This document shows, piece after piece, positions 22,001 through 29,250 of a stretch of 64,000 bases of DNA (the first letter of the stretch is position 1; the number at the start of each line of letters is the position of its first letter). The position numbers were made by a program, and so were the translations under genes. The notes below the pieces were generated by a model. The model was not told the origin of the DNA, made no database searches, and saw only the letters and a list, made by a program, of their open reading frames with translations. This DNA is from Thermodesulfobacteriota bacterium (GTDB lineage Bacteria > Desulfobacterota > Desulfobacteria > Desulfobacterales > C00003060), in the NCBI GenBank assembly GCA_034189385.1, contig JAXHVD010000007.1, positions 32,001-96,000 of the forward strand. The letters are read 5' to 3'.

Positions 22001-22680
22001 GTGCACCTTTCACTGATCCCGGGGTGCTCGATACGCATACAGCAACATGGGAATGGGGAGACGGCCTCGAATCTGAAGGCACAGTGGACGAAACAAACGG
22101 TTCCGGGACCGTTAGTGGCTCTCATGTTTATGAGACACCCGGCGTCTACACGATCACGGTCTATGTGACAGACAAGGATGGTGACACCGGGTCTGCACAA
22201 TACCGCTATGTAGTCGCCTATGATTCATCTGGAGGATTCGTTACAGGCGGTGGCTGGATTGATTCACTCGAGGGGGCCTACACCCCTGACCCTTCTTTGA
22301 CTGGTAAGGCATCGTTCGGTTTCGTGGCCAAGTACAAGAAGGGCGCTAAGACGCCTACTGGCCAAACGGAGTTCCAGTTCAGGGTAGCGGATCTGAACTT
22401 CCACTCCGGCACCTACGACTGGTTGGTCGTGGCCGGGGCCCGAGCCAAGTACAAGGGCACAGGGACCATTAACGGTGACGGCAATTTTGGCTTCATGCTC
22501 TCTGCCATTGATGGCGATCTCCTTGGAGGCGGACAACCTGACAGGTTCAGAATCAAGATATGGGATAAGGATAGTGGCGACGCCGTTGTCTACGATAATG
22601 AGATTGGCGTCAGTGAAGACGGAGATCCAACGACTGTCATCCAGAGCGGTTCGATCGTGATTCACAAGGTGAAGAAATAA
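10036..22680 (+). CDS. Giant 4214-aa secreted/surface protein: cohesin-like, Ig, MopE-like Cys/Asp repeats, FG-GAP propeller, many PKD domains, two lectin-like domains, IgGFc-binding-like domain, prenyltransferase-fold domain, C-terminal GGGWI beta domain
   Basis: Signal peptide ending in AYA; VAPGEEVTIPI..GFQLDL (cohesin-like); DCDDND..NPG..E..NG.DDDC repeats; DFNNDG..D repeats; repeated PVA.AGGPY..WDFGD..YTVTLTVTD; GLWYL..Q, GGWRY, YYALYALAKA helical repeats. Confidence 0.9.
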   Translation: MKRTRLEFRAMVTGLCSFVMVGILIAAIPAYARTLGIRSAIVAPGEEVTIPIEISADVLDVVGFQLDLEMAGPQSVGLLLINEISKGTAVTTTSDLDSNPLPPTHQGMRILLPTEIPAVGEPIPEFDGPGVIVDVQFLVPGDAEVGHAFHLDLSNVILAGPENEQIDVTVFDGILTVGAVTVLPDTISAPPEISLSEEVKEEQLIVTVTGSGQPIPGVGLNFSVDDPAVVSVSEETAITGPDGTAAVNVTGLRDGSTFVHISSPGLEEATTAITVSWESPIITSTPPLEAAQGSTYTYDVEAIDPQGQTVTYALLSAPSDMSIESSTGLITWAVPADQPESGNDVTVEARDPDNNTDTQSYSILVTEAAQDADEDGYDSLVDCDDNDRDVNPGMEEVPYNGKDDDCNPDTPDDDIDRDGYPEDTDCDDNNPSVNPGAVEILWNGLDDDCDPATLDYVDNDEDGYVPIQNPHYPNPADCDDNDPDINPGAVEIPLNGIDENCDGSDGLLKPFVVAIDDGARIYYAKSNGDGTFSDYRFIQDIGGYNARAVAMADFNNDGNLDLVVGGGVNGRVDYFLFLNDGTDHFFNQGIVASHAVSGEWAMDMTAEDINNDGCMDFVGGVHSASVIVALGDGNGGFASSVIDLGGYGRGCDVSDFNRDGNVDLVRGRYDDGHVYVYLGNGDGTFGSGLLVGDVGSDPYGVVAADFDNDGLVDIIANDSSGGDPFLFTGDGNGTFIDSGYVETLDNGIRSAYDGYDFDNDGNVDVIVCDDSGRKIWYYPGNGDGTFGTRIQINPSNTKNDVLGNSAPPYRPFGTPYAIIKPPEQTILLGSAAEFDGSESNDNDDGELVSWVWNFGDENTGTGETISHTYDGEDTYNVTLKVTDDDGKSAIGVAKAYVQANPPVANAGGLYVFDETFADHGEYIVTLDGSASTDDFGIVKYEWDFESIFGDTFEGTTLDTSKWIASAGVSQNEKATIAGAGSWGDRYLFSQRDFSREEGLTFQAQVRPVNTSGNQYGMFGLKDTGSNYSYTQMPHAIYFRNGEIRILEDGTTKVTFGSYTRNVEYEIKIVLKAEGASYYLREAGGPLWNLIYNSSYSSLSPLKVGMTINAGTFELDDVNVSLVLEGVNPVGILTEGHYPVTLTVTDLAGQQDSEATTVDVVPSSPPVADPGGPYVADEGSAQEGIWTVTLDGGGSSDDYGIIKYEWVIETSDGSQVERTEVSPTLTYDAVGTYMVTLTVTDNALQTHTAQTTLDIVANDPPVADPGGPYFADETNATGGFWPIAFDGSGSSDVHGIMKYEWDFDASDGIQVDATGVSTSAIYDAEGSYTVTLSVTDHALQTTSAQTTVTIDLSANEPPTADAGGPYNVNEAAAESGWWTVEFDGSQSSDAEGIAKYDWDFGDGSTLTTWGQYRHNFFEAGTRLYGYDVTGASLYVIATEDNTTVQIVNLDNGEVTVSTTLNKYEMSGGLAPGNGIYFKVEANKPVLAYETDLDWSHSTFIPSLEEGPVGREFILYKFGGLGFYVFAVEDTVVRLYHSNGSLVEERSMTAGSYWEVGYRNAVYHVISTGRIAMQNVGGNGYTTVPSTSGGGVGRNFYCATHGNHTGALAIFAYEDADVTVYNLDSSTVLWTQTIPKGGYWWKINVGTRRLRIESTGDIEVWAGDTERLGYNRIIDLGDDISFAGGRDGKEFYLHGLMAGAVIFAPFDNTAVTVNGAFHSLNADEYHRLSGRTFYHVVSTKPIIIQTLGESTGFNNLGTYLGGITEITKVTHKYNAVGDYSATLTVHDHGDRSDSATTTVTVGYSDPPVADAGGPYEFGEEVAKDGKFMVTLNGTGSSDDYGIYAYEWDFGNVFTEGFDGMTLDEERWDASDGVSQDDIITVTGTGTWGERYCFSQKNFEREGENTFTVRVRLPSGVTTKLMWGLKNNSPDFSYTHMPHAIYLNDGTFAIYEDGTDRGDFGSFSKDQWYDLKIVLIPLQGASYYYRPFEETEWTFLYGSHYATRATLFKVGCTVYSGTADMDDVRVETRGVGERVIHAYDALGTYEVTLKVTDHVLQEDSDTTTVTISAGEPPVADAGGPYTGEVHSFIPFDGGGSTDDTNIARYEWDFGDGHTGRGRQPRHFYTEEGTYTVTLTVYDNLLQSDTDETTVTIGTGNAPVAEAGGPYAGGVGGPPAYFDGSGSSDDCGILKYEWDVDGVKLYGMRPVYTYAAAGTYQVTLTVEDGAGQTSTDTAEVEIYANLPPKVICVPWVGRDVKFPHETWNGKEITLKGVVKDADAVNFRWDFGDGTSSPTMNVTDPYDLSVKHTYPDSPHETPFVATLTVWDSSGQSGSDTYNVLVKEKTLDVEVNVGIDEGLWYLHTTQNRSGASGWWRYDYEGYDFYASSIGSALQAFQINTHHETGDPGEDPYVETVSRGMTYLLGILRSKGIGLQTHGDPDTNGNGIGIEGPGIRKPYELGMVMMAFASSGTPLAIAHSGGENILDRFYHDILTDMVDMYAWGQLDSGARTGGWRYSWNDYADNSASQWAALGMEAAEEAFNLVVPGWVKEKNLEWLAFSDDGPRWGYHNYEPPISGGYVACTPSGLAQLAFDDIPATDWRWINSESYMASVWDSWYKNTRNYYALYALAKAFRIAQPYEVSIIGEHTPWSIDWYGDPERGAARTVLDDQKEDGSFGGEGQGTLWVREGPLRTAWGVLILTQTLFVKPPVALVNIEPNPGATGMPVTLDGSDSYHNDHFRSIVRYEWDVDEDGIYDYSDDAPTAMHTYDEAGIYTVTLRVTDDNDPEKTDKASAIVTITEGAHPPVAVPGGPYTTMAGIATTLDGSGSYDIDPGDQIARFGWELDGIYPYDFDDAVGSHPIYVWDAVGTYNVGLKVWDDGVMNDLNHNGEVDEEERLWDIQWTTIEVLVNTSPVADPNGPYEVDEGSELTLDGTGSSDPDGHPLTYAWDLDNDGEYDDATGATPTHTWPDDGTYTIGLKVSDSSSDDTATATVTVDNVAPTAEAGPDQYVDEGATVALSGTAVDPSPVDQLALTYVWDFGDDSAISETQTTEHVYTDDGIYIATLTVEDDDGGSGTDTLTVTVANVAPTVDAGPDATIDEGDTFTSGGSFVDPGTDTWSATVDYGDGSGPEALALNPDKSFSLNHTYADDGVYTVTVAVTDDDGGLGSDTATVTASAVNHPPVANAGGPYTIDEGAELTLDGRASTDPDGDALTYAWDLDNDAEYDDATGVAPAYTWVENGTYPVGLKVSDSQLEHTASTTVTVNNVAPTVEAGPDQTVDEGVNASFSGSFTDPGTLDTHTIEWNFGDEETASGTLTPSHVYKDNGVYTVTLTVTDDDGGVGSDTLTVTVNNVAPSVDAGPDATINEGGAFAGQGSFTDPGDDTWTATVDYGDGSGVQPLTLNPDRTFALNHVYSDSGTFTVTVTVTDDDGGVGTDNAAVTANDLGPTAAFTWTPESQGEGAPVSFTDGCTSSPDIITAWLWDFGGLGTSPEQNPGFTFNDDGTYTVTLTVTDDDGSTDTVSHDVTITDKGPTAALAGDTGLNEGAAGNYDASSSTSSPDTIVSYEWDWDYDGTFDASGDTGPTQGHVWNGGTYTVAVLVTDDDGSTDMATLEVTVSDLGPTAAFAWSPEPQGEGAPVSFTDASTSSPDIITAWLWDFDGLGTSTDQNPSFTFNDNGAYTVTLTVTDNDGSTDTITHDVTITDKGPAANLTGDSVLDEGQAGSYDASGSTSSPDVIVSYEWDWDYDGTFDASGDTGPTQGHVWNGGTYTVAVLVTDDDGSTDMTTLEVTVSDLGPTALLTGDISLDAGTEGNYDASDSTSSPDAIVSYEWDWNYDGTFDASGDTGPTQTHAWANSGAYTVAVRVTDEDGSTDIATLSVTVEVSNYPPVADAGGPYTADEGAEATLDGSASWDPEGDALTYAWDLDNDGEYDDAVGATPTYVWADNGSYPVGLSVSDSLLTDAATATVTVYNVAPSVGPITAPQDPVEVNVEISVSAPFTDPGVLDTHTATWEWGDGLESEGTVDETNGSGTVSGSHVYETPGVYTITVYVTDKDGDTGSAQYRYVVAYDSSGGFVTGGGWIDSLEGAYTPDPSLTGKASFGFVAKYKKGAKTPTGQTEFQFRVADLNFHSGTYDWLVVAGARAKYKGTGTINGDGNFGFMLSAIDGDLLGGGQPDRFRIKIWDKDSGDAVVYDNEIGVSEDGDPTTVIQSGSIVIHKVKK
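20347..21390 (+). repeat. Intragenic tandem duplication with 522-nt period (two PKD domains per unit); a third partial unit follows
   Basis: GATCTTGG(T/C)CCCACAGCA recurs at 20347, 20869 and 21391, with long near-identical DNA between. Confidence 0.9.
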
Positions 22681-22705
22681 CTTGGTCGGAGGTTAGGAGG
22701 AGGAA

Positions 22706-23461
22706 ATGGCCATGAAGAGTCCATGGGATTTTTTTCTATTGCTTGCAACGATTCTGACTCTATCTGGAACAGAATTGGCGTTTGGTGCCCCAGGCAGTCA
22801 GCCTTCTGGATCGCCAAGGCCGGTTATTGTGGAAGAACGGGGTATGGATGCAGGGGAAAGACCAAATACTCCCCCAGTGAGAATGATTGGGCCAGGCGAG
22901 TTTGAGATTGGCGGCGTCCGTATCCTGAAGAAGAAAGAACGTGTGGAATTCCCGGCAGCCATTAATATGGACGAGGGCCTTTTGGAGTACCTGATTGTCG
23001 GGGCGTCCGGGAAATTGCATGAGAGCCTGTTGAGGACCGAAGTGAAGCCTTACAGCGTTCATATTGCTTTGCTCCTGCTGGGTTTGGAAGGAACCACCAA
23101 TCCCCTTGGTTATCAGGGGGAACCCAGAGAGCCTGAGGGGGATCCCGTTGACATTCGGGTTAAATGGCATGATAAAGGCACATTGAAGGAAGGACCCATC
23201 GAGGATTGGGTTCTGCAAGGAGAGCGCCCCATGGGAAAGACCCACTGGGTCTTCACCGGTTCTTTTGTCTCAGAGGGTGTGTTCATGGCTGAAGTGGAGA
23301 AGTCTATCGTTGCCATCTTTCATGATCCTGTGGCGCTTATTGACAATCCAATGCCGGAAGGAAGGAGCGATGAAGTGTGGTTTGTCCGCAAGGGCGCTGT
23401 ACCACCGCCGGGCACGGAAGTGACTGTCATAATCGAAAAGAGATCGAAGACAGGAAGCTGA
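22706..23461 (+). CDS. Exported YdjY-domain protein
   Basis: RBS AGGAGGAGG; signal peptide; LEYLIV..KLHESLL..HIALLLLGL..WVFTGS..IVAIFHDP.ALIDNP pattern. Confidence 0.75.
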   Translation: MAMKSPWDFFLLLATILTLSGTELAFGAPGSQPSGSPRPVIVEERGMDAGERPNTPPVRMIGPGEFEIGGVRILKKKERVEFPAAINMDEGLLEYLIVGASGKLHESLLRTEVKPYSVHIALLLLGLEGTTNPLGYQGEPREPEGDPVDIRVKWHDKGTLKEGPIEDWVLQGERPMGKTHWVFTGSFVSEGVFMAEVEKSIVAIFHDPVALIDNPMPEGRSDEVWFVRKGAVPPPGTEVTVIIEKRSKTGS

Positions 23462-23548
23462 TACTGTCTTGACCGGGTTCGAGCAAGGCAGTGATTGGAA
23501 ACGGAGATTGAAACCAGGGAGGTGTCGTTAGCAAGGAGCGACAAAGTG

Positions 23549-24754
23549 ATGGAGCGGAAGAGTAAACGGAGAGCATTGATTTTCTTCTTGGTGATTTCAG
23601 GGCTGAGTTGTGTCGGCCTTGGGCCAATGATTTTTGGTGCGGAGCCAGTGGCTGTGACAACCGGCAACTCCCGAAGCGATCTTTCTTTGAAGAACGAGGT
23701 GAAACACGCCATAGAGCGCGGCTTGCTTTGGCTCAAGGGGGCCCAACATCCCATGGGGTACTGGTCCCAGCCCGACCATCCGGCGCTCACGGGCCTGGTC
23801 CTTACAGGATTTGTGCGAGAACCGTCGGGAAGCACGAGGGCTGCAAGCCCCGATTTTGTCAAGAAAGGTTATAGCTACCTTGTTCAGTGTGTCCAGCCTG
23901 ACGGCGGCATATACGTGAAGGACCTGGCGAACTACAATACAGCCGTATCTCTAATGGCGTTGATTGCCTCCTTTGACCCTGCCTACGAGCCTCTGATTCG
24001 AAATGCACGGAACTTTCTGGTTGGTCTCCAGTCAGATTTTGGCGAAAAGGGAAAGGTCGATTCGCCTTATGATGGTGGTGTGGGTTACGGGAGCCGGCAT
24101 CAACATTCAGACATGTCAAACACCATGTTTGCCTTGGAAGCCCTTTACTACTCCCAGTTTGTGGCAGATGACAAAGAAGATGGTATTGCCCCGTTCCAGG
24201 AGCTGAACTGGCCTGGTGTAATTAAGTTCATTCAGAGATGTCAGAATCTTCCGAGTCATAACGACCAGGCATGGGCAAGCGATGACCCGGAGAACAGGGG
24301 TGGTTTCGTCTATTTTCCCGGCAATAGCAAGGCCGGAGAAGTGAAGCTTCCTTCCGGAAAGACGGCCCTTCGCTCTTACGGCAGCATCAGTTACGCAGGG
24401 CTTCTCAGCTACATTTACGCGGACCTGGACCGGGATGACCCAAGGGTGAAGGCCGTTTTTGACTGGCTAAGGCGCAACTTCACGCTCGAGGAGAATCCCG
24501 GCATGGGACCCCAGGGGCTTTACTACTACTACCATGTGATGGCAAAAGGCCTGGCAGCAGGTGGGGTCCACACACTGGCCTTGGTGGATGGAAAAGAAGT
24601 GGACTGGAGACGAGAACTGGCTCTGAAGCTTCTCAACTTGCAGAAGGGAGAGGGCTTCTGGGTTAACGAGAACGGCCGGTGGTGGGAAAAGGATCCGGTG
24701 CTTGTCACTGCATATGCCATCCTCAGCCTAGAGATCATGCATAGTGGGCTCTGA
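23549..24754 (+). CDS. Exported prenyltransferase/squalene-cyclase-fold (alpha/alpha barrel) protein
   Basis: QW-like repeats (GLLWLKGAQ..GYW, YLVQCVQPDGG, FLVGLQ, FIQRCQN, LLNLQKGEGFW); N-terminal hydrophobic segment; RBS AAGGAG before 23546/23549. Confidence 0.8.
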   Translation: MERKSKRRALIFFLVISGLSCVGLGPMIFGAEPVAVTTGNSRSDLSLKNEVKHAIERGLLWLKGAQHPMGYWSQPDHPALTGLVLTGFVREPSGSTRAASPDFVKKGYSYLVQCVQPDGGIYVKDLANYNTAVSLMALIASFDPAYEPLIRNARNFLVGLQSDFGEKGKVDSPYDGGVGYGSRHQHSDMSNTMFALEALYYSQFVADDKEDGIAPFQELNWPGVIKFIQRCQNLPSHNDQAWASDDPENRGGFVYFPGNSKAGEVKLPSGKTALRSYGSISYAGLLSYIYADLDRDDPRVKAVFDWLRRNFTLEENPGMGPQGLYYYYHVMAKGLAAGGVHTLALVDGKEVDWRRELALKLLNLQKGEGFWVNENGRWWEKDPVLVTAYAILSLEIMHSGL

Positions 24755-24850
24755 TCATTACCCGTCTGCAGGGATGATGGGGCCTCTCTAAGCTGACAGA
24801 TGAGAGGGAATAGAGCAAAGGCGATCACTGCAAACAGATTCCCAAACAAC

Positions 24851-26971
24851 ATGGAATGGCTGAAGCTGTGGTTAACCTTCTACTTCCTGTTTGCATCGCC
24901 ATTCCTTCTTTGTCTCAGCTATGCTGACCCTGGCATCGTGACACTCGAGGACGTTATTGTCACTGCCACGAGAACTGAAAGAGACTTCTCCCTGCCCAGT
25001 ACCGTCCACTCCCTCTCCTCCGAGGAGCTGCAAAATGAAAAAATGGTCCGCACAGTGCCGGAGGCGCTGAAAGAAATCCCGGGCATTATGGTCCAGAGGA
25101 CTTCCCATGGCCAGGGATCACCTTTTATCAGGGGCTTTACAGGATTTCGAACACTCTTTCTGATTGACGGCATTCGTCTTAATAACTCCACCTTCCGAGA
25201 GGGTCCCAACCAGTACTGGAGTACTGTTGACCCGCTGACCATTGAACGGCTGGAAGTGGTTAAGGGGCCTTCCTCTGTGCTGTACGGAAGCGACGCGGTG
25301 GGGGGCACCGTGAATGCCATCACTAGGGGACCCTACGGATCCGCAGAGCCCTTTGCTTGGAAACCCCGTGTCTATTACCGTTATGCAGAGGCAGAAGATT
25401 CTCACACGATCCGGTCTGAAATCAGCGGTGGACTGGGGGAAGGCCTCCCATTTCTAGGTGGGATTTCTTACCGAGACTTTGGAGACATCCGGGGCGGCCA
25501 TGACATGGGACTTCAACCCAACACCGGCTACAGCGAATTAAACGGCGACTTCAAGCTAAAGTGGGCCTTAGGCTCCCACAAGTCACTTACCGTTGCCCAT
25601 CAACAGGTTCATCAGGAAGACGTTCCCCGCACACACAAGACCGTTTTTGCCAAGAGCTTTAGAGGAACAACAGTCGGTAAGGAACTCAAAAGAGACCTTG
25701 ATCAGGATCGCGAGCTCACTTACCTGAAGTACGAGACCTCTGAAATGGGTGCCTTTGTTGACGCACTCCAGGTCACGCTCTCGTGGCATGAGCAAATTGA
25801 GAAACAGCATCGTGTCCGCGAAGACAAGCGCAGTGATAGCCAAGGACTTGATGTGAATACCTTGGGAATGTCATTGCAGTTGGAAAGCCTCAGCCAATTC
25901 GGCCAATGGACCTATGGGTTTGAGTACTATCACGACGATGTGGATTCCTTCCGGCGAGACTTTGACGCCGATGGCTTACTGCGCAGCGTCAGAATTCAAG
26001 GCCCCGTGGCAGGCGACGCCACATACGATTCGCTAGGGGTGTTTGTTCAGGACGACATTCCGCTGTACGGCGAAAGACTGGACCTCATCTTTGGGGGGCG
26101 CTTCAATTATGCCCGTGCTGATGCTGACAAGGTTGAAGACCCCGAGACAGGTTATGAGATGTCCATTTCGGACGATTGGAGCACGACGGTGGGAAGCGCT
26201 CGCATCTTGTACCAGATTGACGCAGATCATCATTGGTACGCCTTCTCCGGCGTGTCACAGGGGTTCAGGGCACCGAACCTTTCTGACCTGACTCGGCTGG
26301 ACACTGCACGGACAGATGAGATCGAAACCCCCTCTCCAGACCTCGACCCAGAAGACTTCATTGCTTACGAAATCGGCATGAAAGCGTTCTATGAAAACTT
26401 CAGCGGTCAACTGGCCTACTTTTACACGGACATTGACAATATGATCGTTCGCACACCAACGGGAGACGTTGTCGAGGGTGATAACGAAGTGACTAAGAAG
26501 AACGCCGGGGACGGCTACATCCATGGGGTGGAACTCAATCTAGGCTACCGCTTCCATCCCCGGTTTACTCTTTTTGGCTCGCTCTTCTGGATGGAGGGTT
26601 TTGTGGAGACCTTCCCGACTGCAGCGCCAGTGAAAGTGGAGGAACCTATTGACCGTCTTCAGCCATTGACCGGTGTTGTTGGGCTGCGGTGGGAGCACCC
26701 GCGTGAGAGAATATGGGTGGAGTTCGTGGCCACACTGGCAGACGACCAGGACAAGCTCTCAACGAGAGACAAGGCCGACACGCAACGTATCCCACCTGGT
26801 GGAACTCCGGGCTATACGGTCTATTGCCTTCGGGCAGGATGGAAGGTCACTTATGATCTTATCCTATCTGCAGCCGTGGAGAACATTACAGACAAAGACT
26901 ACAGAATACATGGGTCTGGTCAGAATGAAGCAGGGACAAATGTTGTCTTTGCCTTGGACTGGAGTTTTTGA
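24851..26971 (+). CDS. TonB-dependent receptor (heme/cobalamin-like class)
   Basis: TonB box DVIVTATR; plug PFIRG..LIDGIRLN..IERLEVVKGPSSVLYGSDAVGGTVN; FRAPNL; ENITDKDY; C-terminal Phe. Start could be 24800. Confidence 0.93.
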   Translation: MEWLKLWLTFYFLFASPFLLCLSYADPGIVTLEDVIVTATRTERDFSLPSTVHSLSSEELQNEKMVRTVPEALKEIPGIMVQRTSHGQGSPFIRGFTGFRTLFLIDGIRLNNSTFREGPNQYWSTVDPLTIERLEVVKGPSSVLYGSDAVGGTVNAITRGPYGSAEPFAWKPRVYYRYAEAEDSHTIRSEISGGLGEGLPFLGGISYRDFGDIRGGHDMGLQPNTGYSELNGDFKLKWALGSHKSLTVAHQQVHQEDVPRTHKTVFAKSFRGTTVGKELKRDLDQDRELTYLKYETSEMGAFVDALQVTLSWHEQIEKQHRVREDKRSDSQGLDVNTLGMSLQLESLSQFGQWTYGFEYYHDDVDSFRRDFDADGLLRSVRIQGPVAGDATYDSLGVFVQDDIPLYGERLDLIFGGRFNYARADADKVEDPETGYEMSISDDWSTTVGSARILYQIDADHHWYAFSGVSQGFRAPNLSDLTRLDTARTDEIETPSPDLDPEDFIAYEIGMKAFYENFSGQLAYFYTDIDNMIVRTPTGDVVEGDNEVTKKNAGDGYIHGVELNLGYRFHPRFTLFGSLFWMEGFVETFPTAAPVKVEEPIDRLQPLTGVVGLRWEHPRERIWVEFVATLADDQDKLSTRDKADTQRIPPGGTPGYTVYCLRAGWKVTYDLILSAAVENITDKDYRIHGSGQNEAGTNVVFALDWSF

Positions 26972-27026
26972 CCTTTTCAGATTAAGGGCAAGGCCTGAGT
27001 GCCATCAGCTGCTGCGGTGAGAGTCT

Positions 27027-28988
27027 ATGATCCTTGTCGGTTCTTCTTTCTCAAATAAGCAAAGGAAGTTTTTGGTTACCGCATTTCTTATCTTTCTTGT
27101 CTTCCCTTGCCTCGCACTCTCTGATACGGGATTGGCTGAAGAATCGGAGTCAACGGTGATCCTGCCGCCTGTTATTGTCTCGGCTTCCCGCATACCTGGG
27201 ACCGTTTGGGGTTCGCCGGCTGACATTACTCTTATCACCCGTGACGAGATCGAAGCGAGTAATCCGAGCACCGCAGTTGATTTGCTGCGGCAGGTTCCTG
27301 GGCTACATGTCGACCAAATGGGTGGGCGAGGTGGTATCAGTTCTGTTTACTTACGTGGTAGCGATCCCAACTTCACTTTGGTGCTGATTGACGGGATTCG
27401 GGTGAATGATCCCACAAATCCCCGTGGAGGATCGTTCGATCTCTCTGTCCTAGATGTGGGAAACGTTGAACGCATGGAGATTGTTCGGGGCCCCCTGTCT
27501 TCAGTTCACGGGTCTGACGCCGTGGCGGGTGTGATAAACATTGTTACCAGACACGGTACTACTGAACCAGAGTATTCAGTCCAAATGACTGGAGGTGGGA
27601 AAGGATATTACAGCGGCAGTGTTGAAGCCCGCGGTCCCTGTTCCACGAATGGGGATTATACTCTGGCCGCAGCCTACGCAGACAACGGGGAACTGGTGGA
27701 GGGTGATCAGTTTAGAGGCAAGAACTTTAGCGGCAAAGTCACTCTTTTCCCTGACGGGGCGCCGGAGCTTCAGTGTAGTCTGTTCTATTCTGATAATGAC
27801 AGGGAGAGCTTTCCAGACGACAGCGGGGGACCTGAGTACGCAGTAATACGTGAGGTAGACAAGCGTGACTCCGAGCTTCTCATCGCAGGGCTTGAAATGG
27901 ACTTTGATCGTGTTTCGGGCTTAGAACTCACAGCAAAAGGGAGTTGGTACCATCACGAGAAGGATGCGTCGTCACCTGGAGTGGCTCCAGGTGTTAGAGA
28001 TCCCTCCGGCATTCCGCCTAATACCAGTGATAGCAGCTTAGATCGTGCAGACATTGAGCTTGCAGGTCTTTTTTCCATGTCCGAGAGGCTCTGGGGCAGC
28101 ATAGGCATTGACGGACAGTTCGAAGAGGGTGATGAGGACACGTCCTTGATCAAGTCTGGAATCTCAGTGCCTTCCCGATTCGAACTGGAGCGTGAGCTCT
28201 ACGGCTCGTTTATTGAGCTTCGGTATGGACCTGCCGCTGGATTCACTGTTGAAGGAGGGCTCCGTGTTGACATGCCTCAAGACTTTGACACAGAGGTGAG
28301 TCCCAAGATAGGTGTCATGTACAAGATCATGTCCAGTGACACAACTCTTAAGGCTAACTGGGGAAAAGGCTTCAAGCTGCCCAGCTTCTACTCACTGGGC
28401 AACGCCATCGTGGGGAATCCAGACCTTGTCCCGGAGACCAGCGAAGGGTTTGACTTTAGTGTCATTCAAGACTTGCTGGACGGTCGCGTTAGAATCAGCA
28501 TGACCCCCTTTTATAGCCGCTTCTTTGACATTATTGACCTGGAGGAAGGGCCCCCGCCACGCCTGGTAAACCGATCCGAGGTCACAGCAAAAGGCATCGA
28601 CTGGAGCTTGACTGCGAGAGTCAGTGACAGTCTTTGGTGCAATGCCAACGTGACCTATACAGAAACAGACGTGAAGGACACGGACGAGGAACTGCGAAAC
28701 CGGCCAGAGTGGCGTGGTGGAGTAAATGTCCGGTGGAAGGCCCGCAATGATCTTGTGTTCAATCTTGATGGGCTATACGTGGGTGAGGTCCTCGATTCGT
28801 CAATCCCCACTGGTGATCGCACCCTGGATGAATACACGAGACTAGACGTGAGTGCCGTGTGGAGTATGACACAGAAATGTGAACTTGCCGTAGCCATAGA
28901 CAATCTCTTTGATGCAGATTATGAGGAGGCCGTCGGCTTTCCTGCCCCCGGCATCCAGGCCCGAGCGAGTGTACGCCTGATCTTTTAA
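27027..28988 (+). CDS. TonB-dependent receptor (BtuB-like)
   Basis: VIVSASR; LRG..TLVLIDG; VERMEIVRGPLSSVHGSDAVAGVINI; GNPDLVPE; DNLFDADY; C-terminal Phe. Confidence 0.93.
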   Translation: MILVGSSFSNKQRKFLVTAFLIFLVFPCLALSDTGLAEESESTVILPPVIVSASRIPGTVWGSPADITLITRDEIEASNPSTAVDLLRQVPGLHVDQMGGRGGISSVYLRGSDPNFTLVLIDGIRVNDPTNPRGGSFDLSVLDVGNVERMEIVRGPLSSVHGSDAVAGVINIVTRHGTTEPEYSVQMTGGGKGYYSGSVEARGPCSTNGDYTLAAAYADNGELVEGDQFRGKNFSGKVTLFPDGAPELQCSLFYSDNDRESFPDDSGGPEYAVIREVDKRDSELLIAGLEMDFDRVSGLELTAKGSWYHHEKDASSPGVAPGVRDPSGIPPNTSDSSLDRADIELAGLFSMSERLWGSIGIDGQFEEGDEDTSLIKSGISVPSRFELERELYGSFIELRYGPAAGFTVEGGLRVDMPQDFDTEVSPKIGVMYKIMSSDTTLKANWGKGFKLPSFYSLGNAIVGNPDLVPETSEGFDFSVIQDLLDGRVRISMTPFYSRFFDIIDLEEGPPPRLVNRSEVTAKGIDWSLTARVSDSLWCNANVTYTETDVKDTDEELRNRPEWRGGVNVRWKARNDLVFNLDGLYVGEVLDSSIPTGDRTLDEYTRLDVSAVWSMTQKCELAVAIDNLFDADYEEAVGFPAPGIQARASVRLIF

Positions 28989-29250
28989 GGCGTGAGGTCT
29001 AAGGCAAACTGGCCCAAACTTCATGCCTGCCACTGGATGGGCTATCACAACGGCAAGTTGCATCCTGGGAATACATAATGGGAGGGCTTTGAACATTGTC
29101 CGAAAGCGCCCCTGAAAGCCGTAAGGAGCGCCTTTCAGAAAAATACATGATAACATCTGTTATAACTAGAAATTATAGGTTAAAAGGGCGAGGCAAGGGC
29201 ATTCTTTGAAAAACCGCATTTTGTAATTTCGGCAGGTTAGAGCCTTTAGC

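Noticed and set aside
149..22665. Numerous 60-360 aa ORFs antisense to or overlapping the RHS and giant genes
   Set aside because: Shadow frames of long repetitive coding sequence; no recognisable motifs.
23549..24754. True squalene-hopene cyclase
   Set aside because: Too short (single barrel), apparently exported, and no DxDD motif.
24755..27026. Cobalamin riboswitch ahead of the TonB receptors
   Set aside because: The spacers are too short and no B12-box was recognised.
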